A DNA stretch of 59,771 bases from Cyanobacteria bacterium P01_D01_bin.156 (lineage in GTDB: Bacteria > Cyanobacteriota > Cyanobacteriia > Phormidesmidales > Phormidesmidaceae): positions 1 through 59,771 of the forward strand of contig JBCCQQ010000037.1 of NCBI GenBank assembly GCA_039024555.1, given 5' to 3'. Each line of letters begins with the position of its first letter. Within the stretch, counting starts at the first letter, position 1. The position numbers were made by a program, and so were the translations under genes. Positions 33,524-43,578 of this stretch are shown here, in pieces. The notes beneath the pieces were generated by a model. It saw nothing but the letters and a program-made list of their open reading frames with translations, did no database searches and was not told where the DNA came from.

Positions 33524-35098
33524 TCAATCAAAAAGCTCTAATAAGTCCCAATCGGCTCGAATTCGGAAACCCAAAACCGATTCGGAAAATTCATCTCGCA
33601 GCTGTAAACTCACGCCCGCTCGCGCATTGGATGCCAGTCGGATGTCGTAAAACGTTTCCAGCACATCTGGCCGATTCCCCTGACGTCGATCATCATCACT
33701 GAGGTCACGCCCATAGCCAACGCCAAAACGGTCATCATCTACAAATAGGTCTAGGAAGTTCACCCCAAAGCTGTAGGTATTGCCTGAAATATCCAGGTCT
33801 GCATTTCTGTGATAGCCGTAGCGGCCAAACAATCCTGCATTCAACTCAGGGATAAACCACTCGGCATTGATGCCATAGGCAGTTTCTCGGTCTCCTTCGC
33901 GGGGGCCAAACACACCGTTTCGATTGATTTGGAAGCTCTCGGGAATACCATCGCGGTCACCGTCGTCGGTGGCGCTAACGTAGGTACCACGGACAATCAG
34001 GTTGCCAAGATTGACCCCAACCTCACCAACTACAGCATTAAAATCCAGGTCATCAAAACCACCGGATGAAAAGGCTGCTGCCTTGAGGATAATTTCATCC
34101 ACAGGTCGCCAGTGAACCAGGGCTGCGGGTTGGGATTCTAGCTGGGTAACGGCCAGGGCCGGGTTGGTTTGAAAGACCGGATTGATAAAGTGGGTCAGAC
34201 TATCCTTAGCAAAGCTATTGCGGTCAAAAAATGAGCTCAGTTCGATCAGCCCCACAGCCCCTCGCAGCTCAGGGGCATTGGGTGGGGATGCTACAACGTA
34301 CAGCTCGCTGATGTTGAAGCCTGTGGAGTCCGTATCTGAAAAGGCATCTCCCGTGGATAAATCCACCGCCCCTACAACAGCAACATTAGAGCGCAAAAAG
34401 TAATGACCATAGACACGAGCTCGGGCCGAAAACTCATCTCCCTCTTGAATCGCTGCCGTTTGTAACTTCAACGATGGAGGCGTCAGAGGTCCTTCATCGA
34501 GCTCAGTTTCCCCATCCGCCGCTGTTGTGGGCAGCTCTTCAGTTTCCGAAAGGGGCTCTAGGGAACCATCCTCAGGTGTTTCCACGGAACGCTGATCAAA
34601 CGTAAAGGGATCGGACGGGTTGGCTAACTCATCCGATGGGTCCTGGGCCAAAAGGTCAATTTCCGTAGCCGCCTCTGGGGTATTGCTAGATCCTTCATTC
34701 AGTATCCATCGCTCTGAGGGATTGGCTGATGCGATCGCATCTGTTTGGCGCAGAGCGCTTGATTCACCCGCTTCCTCACCATCCCCGGTTGCTTCAATAT
34801 CATCGTCTAATGTTTCTGATTCCGCCTTAACCGCTACAGTTTCTTCGGTAGACGTTTCAGCAACCGTTGCTGTTTCATGGTCAGCATCTGGGGCAGCGAC
34901 CTCAGAAATGACTAGTTCAGCGGCTAGAACGATATCGTCAGTTTTATCCGTATTTGGAGCGGTGGGTAAAGCCATCACTGGAGCTGCAATTATCGCCATG
35001 GCAATCCACACCATCCAAGACACCAGTGGTAGCGCCTTAAATTTTTTAGCGATATCCCTCATAGTCATTTCCAATAAAGATTTTGTGTATAGAAGCAC
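33524..35098 (-). CDS. Outer-membrane carbohydrate porin-like protein with acidic disordered N-terminus
   Basis: Signal peptide, E/D/T-rich linker, alternating beta strands, FDRNSFA.D, LFGRYG, VLETFY, GFRIRADW (OprB-like C-terminus). Confidence 0.7.
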   Translation of the reverse strand: MLLYTKSLLEMTMRDIAKKFKALPLVSWMVWIAMAIIAAPVMALPTAPNTDKTDDIVLAAELVISEVAAPDADHETATVAETSTEETVAVKAESETLDDDIEATGDGEEAGESSALRQTDAIASANPSERWILNEGSSNTPEAATEIDLLAQDPSDELANPSDPFTFDQRSVETPEDGSLEPLSETEELPTTAADGETELDEGPLTPPSLKLQTAAIQEGDEFSARARVYGHYFLRSNVAVVGAVDLSTGDAFSDTDSTGFNISELYVVASPPNAPELRGAVGLIELSSFFDRNSFAKDSLTHFINPVFQTNPALAVTQLESQPAALVHWRPVDEIILKAAAFSSGGFDDLDFNAVVGEVGVNLGNLIVRGTYVSATDDGDRDGIPESFQINRNGVFGPREGDRETAYGINAEWFIPELNAGLFGRYGYHRNADLDISGNTYSFGVNFLDLFVDDDRFGVGYGRDLSDDDRRQGNRPDVLETFYDIRLASNARAGVSLQLRDEFSESVLGFRIRADWDLLELFD

Positions 35099-35188
35099 TG
35101 ATTACGGTTAGACCGAAAGTCAGAAAACATAGCCATTAGCAACATTCCCTAGACATCCATCTATCAAATCAGCACCCGTCAGTTTTTT

Positions 35189-35278
35189 GCGTTGCCGCTC
35201 CTGAGGATGACTTAATCCATCAAATGCCGGTTACTAGCCAAACCTGCAGATTGGTCCATCCTTTAAATCAGCAACAGC
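35189..35278 (+). repeat. Nested-palindrome dispersed element, copy 1 (MITE/REPIN-like); extra degenerate right end at 35156-35178
   Basis: GCGTTGCCGCTCCTGAGGATG...CAGATTGGTCCATCCTTTAAATCAGCAACAGC aligns with the copies at 40297 and 51355. Confidence 0.7.
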
Positions 35279-35764
35279 GGTTTTATCAGCTGTTGATCTT
35301 AGAAACACCCTTCGGTACCTAGGCCGACCGATGGAAGCATCCCTTAAAAACCAGCAATTTACTGTTTTAGACAGTTTTCTCTAAGGCCGAAATATCCATA
35401 AAAGATTGACGGACAGAGCTACCATCGGTATTCACCCCATCATTTCCTGATCGGGTTAAATCATGATTTTTAACCCTGGAATATCAAGATGATAAATATT
35501 CTGTCTTGTTCCACAATCTGCTCAAGCCTTGATGAATCATGACGTAGCGGCTGTGTATCCCCAATATATTTACACCGCAAGCTTTACAAGCACTTTATAA
35601 AAGTGTGCCCGGTACTACTCAGAGACGTACGTGTTTCCAACAGTGCTTTTTGGGCAGCCTTAGGACATTGGCGATATCTGACAGCATAAATAAACGTTGA
35701 CTAACGTTTATTGGCCCAACCTAGGGCTTACTTTAGATAAAGTAACACCTACAAAGATTGCTCC

Positions 35765-36826
35765 GTGGCCCAAACCATTAGTTTGAGTGAGACCAGCTCT
35801 GCCACCATTCAGGACCGCAAGGCAGACCACCTACGTATCTGCTTAGAAGATGATGTGCAATGCCATCGAACCACAACAGGGTTGGAACGCTATCGCTTTA
35901 TCCACTGTAGTTTGCCTGAACTGAGTTATGACCAGGTAGATATTAGTACTGTTTTTTTAGGCAGGACCCTAAAGGCACCTCTATTAATTTCATCCATGAC
36001 CGGGGGGACCGAGCAGGCCCGCATTATTAATCAGCGGTTGGCTGTGACAGCTCAAAAATTTGGGTTAGCCATGGGGGTGGGGTCCCAGCGGGTAGCTGTA
36101 GAAAGACCTGAACTGGCAAACACATTCAATGTGCGCACCTATGCCCCCGATGCCATCCTGCTAGCCAACCTAGGAGCCGTGCAACTGAACTATAGCTACG
36201 GTTTAGACCATTGCCAGCGGGTAGTGGATTGGCTAGAGGCCGATGCCCTGATTTTGCATTTAAATCCACTGCAAGAATGCGTTCAAACCCGAGGGGATAC
36301 GGACTTTAGCGGGCTAATGGCCAAAATTGAAACCCTTTGTACCCAGATTTCGGTACCGGTGATTGCCAAGGAGGTGGGCAATGGTATTTCTGGCAGTTTG
36401 GCCCAAAAGCTAATTGATGCAGGCATTAGCGCCATTGACACAGCAGGAGCTGGCGGTACCTCTTGGGCCAGGGTAGAAAGCGAGCGAGCAGAAGATGTTA
36501 AACAGCGACGTCTAGGACAAACCTTTGCCGATTGGGGCATTCCTACGGCTGAGTGCATCGTTGGCATCAGAGCGATCGCACCCAAAATCCCACTGATTGC
36601 CTCTGGCGGTTTACGTAATGGATTAGATGTCGCTAAGACCTTGGCTCTTGGTGCCAACATCGCCGGGTTAGCGCTGCCCTTTCTCAAGGCTGCCGACCAT
36701 TCCGAAGACGCCCTCGACACCCTGACCGATATCCTGATTGCCGAGGTCAAAACCGCCTTATTCTGTACTGGCCAGGGAAACCTTACGGACCTAAGACACA
36801 GCCAAGTGCTTCAGCGCATAGACTAG
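35765..36826 (+). CDS. fni: Type 2 isopentenyl-diphosphate isomerase
   Basis: RKADHL, SSMTGG, GVGSQR, HLNPLQE, KEVGNG, GAGGTSW, SGGLRNG. Confidence 0.95.
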   Translation: MAQTISLSETSSATIQDRKADHLRICLEDDVQCHRTTTGLERYRFIHCSLPELSYDQVDISTVFLGRTLKAPLLISSMTGGTEQARIINQRLAVTAQKFGLAMGVGSQRVAVERPELANTFNVRTYAPDAILLANLGAVQLNYSYGLDHCQRVVDWLEADALILHLNPLQECVQTRGDTDFSGLMAKIETLCTQISVPVIAKEVGNGISGSLAQKLIDAGISAIDTAGAGGTSWARVESERAEDVKQRRLGQTFADWGIPTAECIVGIRAIAPKIPLIASGGLRNGLDVAKTLALGANIAGLALPFLKAADHSEDALDTLTDILIAEVKTALFCTGQGNLTDLRHSQVLQRID

Positions 36827-36883
36827 TAGGCAACTCTGCTCCAGAGCGATCCCCTGATTATTCGTATTTTTCTCAACTCCACC

Positions 36884-38704
36884 ATGCGAGATTTTCTCAA
36901 ATACACCGCCGCCAGCGCTATTGGTACTCTAGTTGGCCTGTTTAGCTTAGTGGCCCTGTTGGGGTTGGGGGCTTTAGGGTTAGCCAGTTTCTTTCTTAAA
37001 TCTGCGGCCACCGAAACAGAGCCTGCAGTCGAGAAGAACTCAGTGCTGGTGTTTGACCTGGCCACCGATATTGTTGATGCAGTTCCCTATTCTGGAGCCA
37101 GCATCGTGCTGGAAGAAACCCTTTCCGGGAGCAGCTACCGAGCGCTTTCTCTCTACAATGCCCTGCAGGCCATTGAAGCCGCTGCAACCGATGACAACAT
37201 CACCAGCATTTATATTACTGGCAACACCTTCGCTGGGTTTGGCACGCTACAAGAAGTGCGCGCGGCCCTAGAAAAATTCAAGACCGAATCCGGTAAACCA
37301 ATTTTGGCCAACAATACCCTCTGGAGTGAGCGAGACTATTATCTCGCTTCGGTGGCCGACACCCTGTATCTCAATCCAGCGGGTATTATGGAGCTCAATG
37401 GATTTCGGGCCGAGATTCAGTTTTTAGCGGGAGCCCTTAACAAGTATGGTGTGGGAGTTCAGGTACTGCGGGCTGGCCGCTATAAGTCTGCGATTGAACC
37501 CTTTACCCGCAGTAGCAGCAGTCCAGAAGAAAGACAACAAACCCAGGCCCTACTCGCTGACCTGTGGCAAGAGTTTTTAACCACCGCCAGTACTGCGCGA
37601 GAAACGACACCAGACGCCATTCAAGCCATTGCTGAAGACCAGGGAATTCTGCCAGCGACTGAGGCCCAGGAAGCAGGCCTAATAGATACCGTTGCCTTTT
37701 ATGACGAAGTTCTCACAGACCTGAGGGGCCTCACTAACCAAACCGATGAAACCCGATCTGGCAGCGACGAAGACTTTACCCAAATCAGCTTATACAACTA
37801 CAGCCAAACTCTAGATCCTGACTATGGCAAAGATACTGTTGCGGTGATTTACGCCAATGGGGAGATTGTTGATGGCGATGGCGATACTCCTGGATTAATT
37901 ACTTCCGGTGGCCTATCTGACACTCTGCGCCAGGCCCGCAATGATGACGATATTGAGGCAGTTGTGCTACGGGTGAATAGCCCTGGGGGTAGTGCGATCG
38001 CATCTGAAGTAATCGCGCGCGAAGTCGAACTTTTAGCAGAACAAAAACCCGTTATCGTCTCGATGGGTAACTATGCCGCTTCCGGTGGCTACATGATTGC
38101 CGCACTTGGCGATCAGATTTTTGCCACTCCTAGCACCATTACCGGCTCCATCGGCGTGTACGGTTTGCGACTCAACTTCAAAGAAATTGCCAATCGTAAC
38201 GGTGTTACCTGGGACATTATCAAAACCGCAAAGCTAGCTGATATTGACACCATCAGCCGTCCTCAAAGTGACGACGAACTTAAGGTACAGCAAGGATTTG
38301 TCAACACTCTCTACGATCGCTTTTTAAGCTTAGTGGCAGAAGGGCGAGAGCTCCCCAAAGAGAAAATCAATCAGGTAGCCCAGGGACGTGTGTGGTCCGG
38401 CAGCGATGCTAAGAGTGCCAGCTTGGTAGACCAAATGGGTGGGCTAAACGAGGCCATTGCTGCCGCTGCCGAGGCTGCCGAACTCGACGAATGGCAAGTA
38501 GAAGAGCTTCCCAATCCGCCTAGCTTAGAAGAACAGATTTTAGATAGCCTTTTTGGATTTGGTGTAACCGCTAAATTACCTTGGGCAAAGGATCCTATTT
38601 CGGAACAATTGTTGGAATTAAGAGAAGATTTAGCACTGTTAGAGACTCTCAACGATCCCCAAGGAGTCTACATGCGGCTGCCGTTTACAACAGACATTGA
38701 GTAA
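36884..38704 (+). CDS. sppA: Signal peptide peptidase (67K type)
   Basis: GRYKSAIEPF, RVNSPGGS, VSMGNYAASGGY, TITGSIGV, AQGRVWSG. Confidence 0.95.
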   Translation: MRDFLKYTAASAIGTLVGLFSLVALLGLGALGLASFFLKSAATETEPAVEKNSVLVFDLATDIVDAVPYSGASIVLEETLSGSSYRALSLYNALQAIEAAATDDNITSIYITGNTFAGFGTLQEVRAALEKFKTESGKPILANNTLWSERDYYLASVADTLYLNPAGIMELNGFRAEIQFLAGALNKYGVGVQVLRAGRYKSAIEPFTRSSSSPEERQQTQALLADLWQEFLTTASTARETTPDAIQAIAEDQGILPATEAQEAGLIDTVAFYDEVLTDLRGLTNQTDETRSGSDEDFTQISLYNYSQTLDPDYGKDTVAVIYANGEIVDGDGDTPGLITSGGLSDTLRQARNDDDIEAVVLRVNSPGGSAIASEVIAREVELLAEQKPVIVSMGNYAASGGYMIAALGDQIFATPSTITGSIGVYGLRLNFKEIANRNGVTWDIIKTAKLADIDTISRPQSDDELKVQQGFVNTLYDRFLSLVAEGRELPKEKINQVAQGRVWSGSDAKSASLVDQMGGLNEAIAAAAEAAELDEWQVEELPNPPSLEEQILDSLFGFGVTAKLPWAKDPISEQLLELREDLALLETLNDPQGVYMRLPFTTDIE

Positions 38705-38760
38705 GTGGGGAGCATTTCTGCATCTAGGAATGATTGCAGAAACACTTAGATGAGCTCGGT

Positions 38761-39435
38761 TTACCAATTGCAGTCACCACTGCCAACATCACATCCATCA
38801 CAGAACAGGTCTGAACCACTACAATCGCCTGCATCACAGGCACCATTGGAGTTCGTGTCACAGGGTCCCCAGTTGGGAATATCTATAACACCACAGTCGC
38901 AATAGCTCCCGCTACACCAATCGATTGGCTGCGAGAGATGCCTAGAATCCCTCTTCGCTTTACCTTTAGATCGCTCGTCCGACGAATCTATCCGGCCTAT
39001 ATTAGGCTCGTTTAGACTCTGTTTGCTAGCCGAGGTTTTGAGCGCATAGTAGGCCTGTCGACAATCTCCTAAACGCTGACGAAACAACGGTATGGCACTA
39101 GCAACACCATGGGTGACCACTGACTCACTAAAGTATGCTGAGCAAGAAGGGCCACCATGCACAGCCCTATGGGCACAGGAAAAACCCTTGTAGGGTGAAA
39201 GATAGCGCTGATAAACCTTTATCAAGCGGCTTACCAGTTGACTAATGATGGATCTCAACCCTCTTTTTTCAAGGAATATACTAAGGGGTAAGATTTTATT
39301 GAGGGTGGCGGAGATTACCCCCGACGATGTTGTTTTCATCGTTACAGCTTGGCGCACATAGTTAACAACATCAGCGATCACTGAAATTCCTAAATAACGA
39401 CAGCTATAGCCATAGACAACAAAAAGTGCTGGCAT
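38761..39435 (-). CDS. YidD/DUF37-like protein with Cys/Asp/Gly-rich tail (true start probably near 39339)
   Basis: YQRYLSPYKGFSCAHR....G.SCS.Y motif; 9 Cys in the last ~52 aa. Confidence 0.7.
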   Translation of the reverse strand: MPALFVVYGYSCRYLGISVIADVVNYVRQAVTMKTTSSGVISATLNKILPLSIFLEKRGLRSIISQLVSRLIKVYQRYLSPYKGFSCAHRAVHGGPSCSAYFSESVVTHGVASAIPLFRQRLGDCRQAYYALKTSASKQSLNEPNIGRIDSSDERSKGKAKRDSRHLSQPIDWCSGSYCDCGVIDIPNWGPCDTNSNGACDAGDCSGSDLFCDGCDVGSGDCNW

Positions 39436-39495
39436 TATCCTACGCCAACACTTTTCGAGGGTATTCCTAACTTTCAGTTAAAAACCAACCAACGC

Positions 39496-39726
39496 CTAAC
39501 CGTTAGCAGCGTTGCTGGAGTAAGCGTCACCACTAAAGCTATAAACACGCTCGTTGAAGTTAGTATCGCGACCGGTTACAGACTTAGCGATGCTTTCGAA
39601 GCCATCAGAGTTCCAGTTGCGCTCGTGGATAGGCTTAGACTGCTCTCCGAGGAAGTAAGCTTGGGAGCCGATGATAGCGGCAGCGACCCAACCAACAACG
39701 ATGACGGCTAATAAAATCGAAATCAT
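39496..39726 (-). CDS. Small single-TM conserved cyanobacterial protein (possibly Psb35-like)
   Basis: N-terminal TM then GSQAYF.GEQSKPIHERNW; AGGAG RBS upstream; family name uncertain. Confidence 0.7.
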   Translation of the reverse strand: MISILLAVIVVGWVAAAIIGSQAYFLGEQSKPIHERNWNSDGFESIAKSVTGRDTNFNERVYSFSGDAYSSNAANG

Positions 39727-39763
39727 AGTATGTCTCCTCTTTCTAAATGTATTCGAGGTTTCT

Positions 39764-39781
39764 TATGTAAACTAATGTAAC
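39764..39781 (-). promoter_or_regulatory. HLR1 (RpaB-binding) element
   Basis: Minus strand GTTACATT-AG-TTTACATA matches (G/T)TTACA(T/A)(T/A)-N2-(G/T)TTACA(T/A)(T/A) exactly, 38 nt upstream of the ATG. Confidence 0.75.
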
Positions 39782-40067
39782 TTAAAATATTACAAATTGC
39801 AAACTAACTTGACAAAATAGATTTTATTGTTCCTGCAAAGCAGGTTAATGCATAGCTGCGCGATGAGACCTAAATCAAGTTCAGCCCCTGACAGCTTGCT
39901 GATGGCTAACGATAATCAATGATCAGCACCAGCGAATTACGCAAGCATTGCGTGTTTTTAGAGTAGTAAATTCAGATAGACATAGCCTAGGTAGGATATC
40001 TCTACCTAGTGAAGGTTATGGAATGCATTGATGGAAGCTGTACTTGCATGATGGGGGTACCCGCGTT

Positions 40068-40262
40068 TCAGCGAGTCTGAAAAACCACACCTGTTGCATA
40101 CTGGCGACCTTGGGAGTGAACATGGTTATTTATAATCCAGAGGCCATAGAGCTTAACGCTAAACTTTTCTTGGCATAGCCGAATCGCAAACAACAACATC
40201 CCCCAACATTCAAGCCGAGTAAATCGGGACTCTCGATTGTTACAGTAGCGATGGAATAACAA
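40068..40262 (-). pseudogene. Fragment of a HUH Y1 transposase (IS200-like / RAYT) N-terminus
   Basis: FH..CNNRE.R.TRLEC...LLFAI....EKF..KLYG..I.NNHVH resembles the Y1_Tnp N-terminus up to the HUH motif, then diverges and stops. Confidence 0.65.
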
Positions 40263-40296
40263 TACAGGTCACCGCCACATCTGGATAATAAAAGGA

Positions 40297-40381
40297 GGCG
40301 TTGCTGATCCTCGGGGGGATTTTATCTGCCAAATCCAGAAACGGGGGTACAGATGGTTTCATCCTCTAAATCAGCAACGGC
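40297..40381 (+). repeat. Nested-palindrome dispersed element, copy 2
   Basis: GGCGTTGCTGAT...ATCTG...CAGAT...CATCC...ATCAGCAACGGC. Confidence 0.8.
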
Positions 40382-40448
40382 TAAAAAATTTATACCTACT
40401 GGCAAGGGATTAACAACATGGAAGTTCTTAAAAGATGAATGTGTTGTG

Positions 40449-41294
40449 TTATGCCCTAGTTGCTCGATAGGTCATCGTTTCTAAAAATTGGCGACCGCAG
40501 TCTTTGCATAGATAATTTTGTCTATCCTGACGACGGCCATTCTTTTTGATGCTCCGGGAATGGCAACTAGGGCATACAATCTCTGAACTCTCTTTAGCAG
40601 CCAATCTTGCGGGATTCTGAAATACCTGAACAACTCGCTTTTTACTGAATTCTAAATGGTCTTTGATGGATTGCGTGGCTGTTTCAATATCGTGGCTTTT
40701 AATTGCTTGAAATAATTGCCAATGTTCTGTCTGAATAGCCTCTACATCAATGGGAACCTGTAAAATTTGTAATCGTAGTAATTTGACCTGATTAGATAGC
40801 TGATCGAGAAGAGAGATAAGCCACGGATTTTGAGAACTTTCAGCAATCAAACGATGAAATTCATAATTGAGACTGAGTTGCTTCAAATCATAATTGACCT
40901 CCTCTGAAACAGACCGCTGAGAGGAACCAACATGCTCTTGTAAAGCGGCTTCAGAATCTAACAGGGTTTGCTCCAGCGCCTGAAGTTTAGTAGATGTTGC
41001 ATGAAGACAAGCACCTGTAACAGCCAATTGTTCTAAAGCAATCCGACAATCATAAAGATGAATTGCGCTATCTAAAGAGACTTCAACGATGGTGACACCA
41101 TCGGGTGAATCAGAGGTTAACAATTGCTCTTGCTGCAATCGACGAATAGCTTCACGAATCGGCGTCCGGCTAACCTGTAGCTGTTTTGCTAATTTACTTT
41201 CAGTTAATCGGTCACCTAGCTTAAATTGTCCAGAAAGAATAGATGTTCGTAATGTTAGGTAAATACGCTCATGCAATGTTTGAGGGGAAGACAT
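40449..41294 (-). CDS. GntR (FCD-type) transcriptional regulator with C-terminal IS1 InsA-like zinc ribbon
   Basis: L.E..LA..L.VSRTPIREA HTH, R.ALE, N..FH..I...S.N, EH..L..AI; tail CPSC....KKNG....Q.YLCKDC. Confidence 0.9.
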   Translation of the reverse strand: MSSPQTLHERIYLTLRTSILSGQFKLGDRLTESKLAKQLQVSRTPIREAIRRLQQEQLLTSDSPDGVTIVEVSLDSAIHLYDCRIALEQLAVTGACLHATSTKLQALEQTLLDSEAALQEHVGSSQRSVSEEVNYDLKQLSLNYEFHRLIAESSQNPWLISLLDQLSNQVKLLRLQILQVPIDVEAIQTEHWQLFQAIKSHDIETATQSIKDHLEFSKKRVVQVFQNPARLAAKESSEIVCPSCHSRSIKKNGRRQDRQNYLCKDCGRQFLETMTYRATRA

Positions 41295-41424
41295 CTTCAA
41301 CCAGTTACCACAGATTTCGAACAATACTTAATCAGTTCTAGCTGATTACTTCACTAATTGGAACAAATGTGTAAACTTCGCTAAAGCAGGTTGATCATCG
41401 CAATTTTCTTAACCTCAGACGACT

Positions 41425-42035
41425 CTAGATCTGCAGTTGATAATCCTGTAAACGCTGGTCTAATCGGCACCTATAGTGTTGATCAAGTTGAATCAGCGTG
41501 TGTAGCAAAACATTAGCACCTTGAGCACAATGCTCGGGGGATGTATATTCATCTGCAGCGTGGCTCAGTCCAGACTGACTAGGCACAAAGATCATACCCA
41601 TATCAGCTATACGAGCTATGTTTTGGGCATCGTGACTGGCTCGACTCGGCAAAAAATGGGTATCTAGCCCCAGGTGACTACAGACGGTGGCGATCGTGTG
41701 ATGAATATGGAAATTGACGGGTGGCTGGCTCATTTCTGAGTTTACTGAGTCAATATGAGAGCCCGTGGTTAGCGCCGGTGCATCTGAATATTGTCCCGGA
41801 TAGTGGCTAATCAGATTGCCTGCTGCATCCACCGAAACGTTCATCCCAGCAGCAATCATTCGGTGTCGGATAACGGCTCTGGCCTCCAGGTCTTCGTTAC
41901 TAAAAGCCAGTCTTTGAACGCCGCCTTCTGGCAACGCACCAATGTCAGCCAACTCGGTTATGGCCTGATTCAAGCGATGACATTAATCTTCAGATCGTGA
42001 ATTAATGTCGGGGTTTGTAGAACGTTTAATTCCAT
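41425..42035 (-). pseudogene. M20 Zn amidohydrolase (allantoate / N-carbamoyl-amino-acid hydrolase) with 5' frameshift and large internal deletion
   Basis: N-part GGVQRLAFS, DAAGN, GSHIDSV joined directly to C-part SRASHDAQ, MIFVPS..G.SH...EYT; ATG at 42035 is out of frame with the rest. Confidence 0.85.
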
Positions 42036-42140
42036 ATTTCCTTTTTTATAAACTCGAATTATTGTGTATGAGTGGCTTGCATGGAAATGCTTAATCAGCC
42101 ACATCAGCGGCGTCCTGATTGCACGTTTCTAGGCCATTCT

Positions 42141-43502
42141 CTATGGGCTAGACTTTGCTCGATTGTGGGCTAATTCTCCTAAAACATATGTGGCCTGAAC
42201 AACCCGATCATCCCCCATCATCACGAGGGAAAAAACACGATCTGCCAGGTCTTTTAGGCTATAGGTGATATCAGAAGAATTACGAAAGGCTAGCAGGGGA
42301 GTCGCCCTGGGATCGAGCACAATAAAGTCGGCCGCTTTACCAAGGGCAAAGTTGCCGATGGTATCCTCTAAACACAGTGCTTTTGCCCCACCCAAAGTGG
42401 CTAAAAATAAGGCCCTAAAGGGAGACAGTTTCTGACGACGCAGCTGGGCAACTTTGTACGCCTCGTTGGCGGTTTGCAAGATAGAGAAACTGGTGCCTGC
42501 CCCCACATCCGTACCCAGACCTACCTTTACTGGATAGTCTTTAGACTTGGCCTGTTCAATTTTGAATAGACCACTGCCAAGAAATAGGTTAGAGGTGGGG
42601 CAAAAGGAAATGGCTGACTTCGCTTCCGAGAGTCGCTGAAATTCTTCATCGGTCAGCTGCACCCCATGGGCAAACACCGAGCGTTCCTTTACTAGTCCAG
42701 CCTGATCGTAGGTATCGAGATAGCCAGCACAGTCAGGAAACAGCTGTTTTACCCAGGCCACCTCATCGACATTTTCAGACAGGTGGGTATGCAAATAAAC
42801 ATCGGGAAATTCCTGCAACAATTTTCCGGCTAGTCGCAGCTGTTCATCGGTGGAGGTGATGGCAAACCGAGGGGTGACCGCATAGTGTAGACGACCGCGC
42901 TTATGCCATTTTTGAATCAGCGCTTTAGTCTCCTGGTAGGCTGATTCAGCCGTATCGCACACCGCATCTGGCGCATTGCGATCCATCATCACCTTGCCGG
43001 CAATCATGCAGAGATTTCGACGCTCTGCTGCCTCAAAAAAAGCATCTACAGACTGGGGAAATACAGTTGCAAACACCAGGGCCGTGGTGGTGCCATTGCG
43101 TAAGAGCTCATCTAGAAAAAGCTCGGCAACTTCACCAGCGTAATTTTTATCATTAAACTTTTGTTCCGTAGGGAACGTATATTGATTCAGCCATTCTAGA
43201 AGTTGTTCTCCATAGGCAGCAATCATACCCGTTTGGGGATAGTGGATATGGGTATCGATAAACCCTGGCATGATCAGCCGATCAGGATAGGCTGTAATTG
43301 GAATCTCCCCATAGTCAGACTCTAAGTCGGCATAGTTGCCAAACGCCTCGATGTGACCAGCATTCAATACCATCAGGCCATCGGATATGTAGCGAACACT
43401 TTCTATCTCGGGAACGTAGAACGGATCGTCAATGAAATCTAAAAACGAGCCGCGAATGCCCTTAATTTGAGGCTGGTGCGATGGAGTCTCTGAGGAAAAC
43501 AT
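42141..43502 (-). CDS. guaD: Guanine deaminase
   Basis: PGFIDTHIHYPQ, GEQLLEWL..YTFPTE, TPRFA, HTHLSEN, HGV, CPTSNLFLGSG, GTDVGAG; likely ATG at 43502. Confidence 0.93.
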   Translation of the reverse strand: MFSSETPSHQPQIKGIRGSFLDFIDDPFYVPEIESVRYISDGLMVLNAGHIEAFGNYADLESDYGEIPITAYPDRLIMPGFIDTHIHYPQTGMIAAYGEQLLEWLNQYTFPTEQKFNDKNYAGEVAELFLDELLRNGTTTALVFATVFPQSVDAFFEAAERRNLCMIAGKVMMDRNAPDAVCDTAESAYQETKALIQKWHKRGRLHYAVTPRFAITSTDEQLRLAGKLLQEFPDVYLHTHLSENVDEVAWVKQLFPDCAGYLDTYDQAGLVKERSVFAHGVQLTDEEFQRLSEAKSAISFCPTSNLFLGSGLFKIEQAKSKDYPVKVGLGTDVGAGTSFSILQTANEAYKVAQLRRQKLSPFRALFLATLGGAKALCLEDTIGNFALGKAADFIVLDPRATPLLAFRNSSDITYSLKDLADRVFSLVMMGDDRVVQATYVLGELAHNRAKSSP

Positions 43503-43538
43503 TAGTAAGCAGAGGATGTTATGGGGGTGCCGTGGGCA

Positions 43539-43578
43539 GGGTGGGTTTCGAGCATTGACGCTGGGGGTCAACCCACCC
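43539..43578. repeat. GC-rich hairpin upstream of guaD
   Basis: GGGTGGGTT ... AACCCACCC enclosing TTGAC...GTCAA. Confidence 0.5.
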
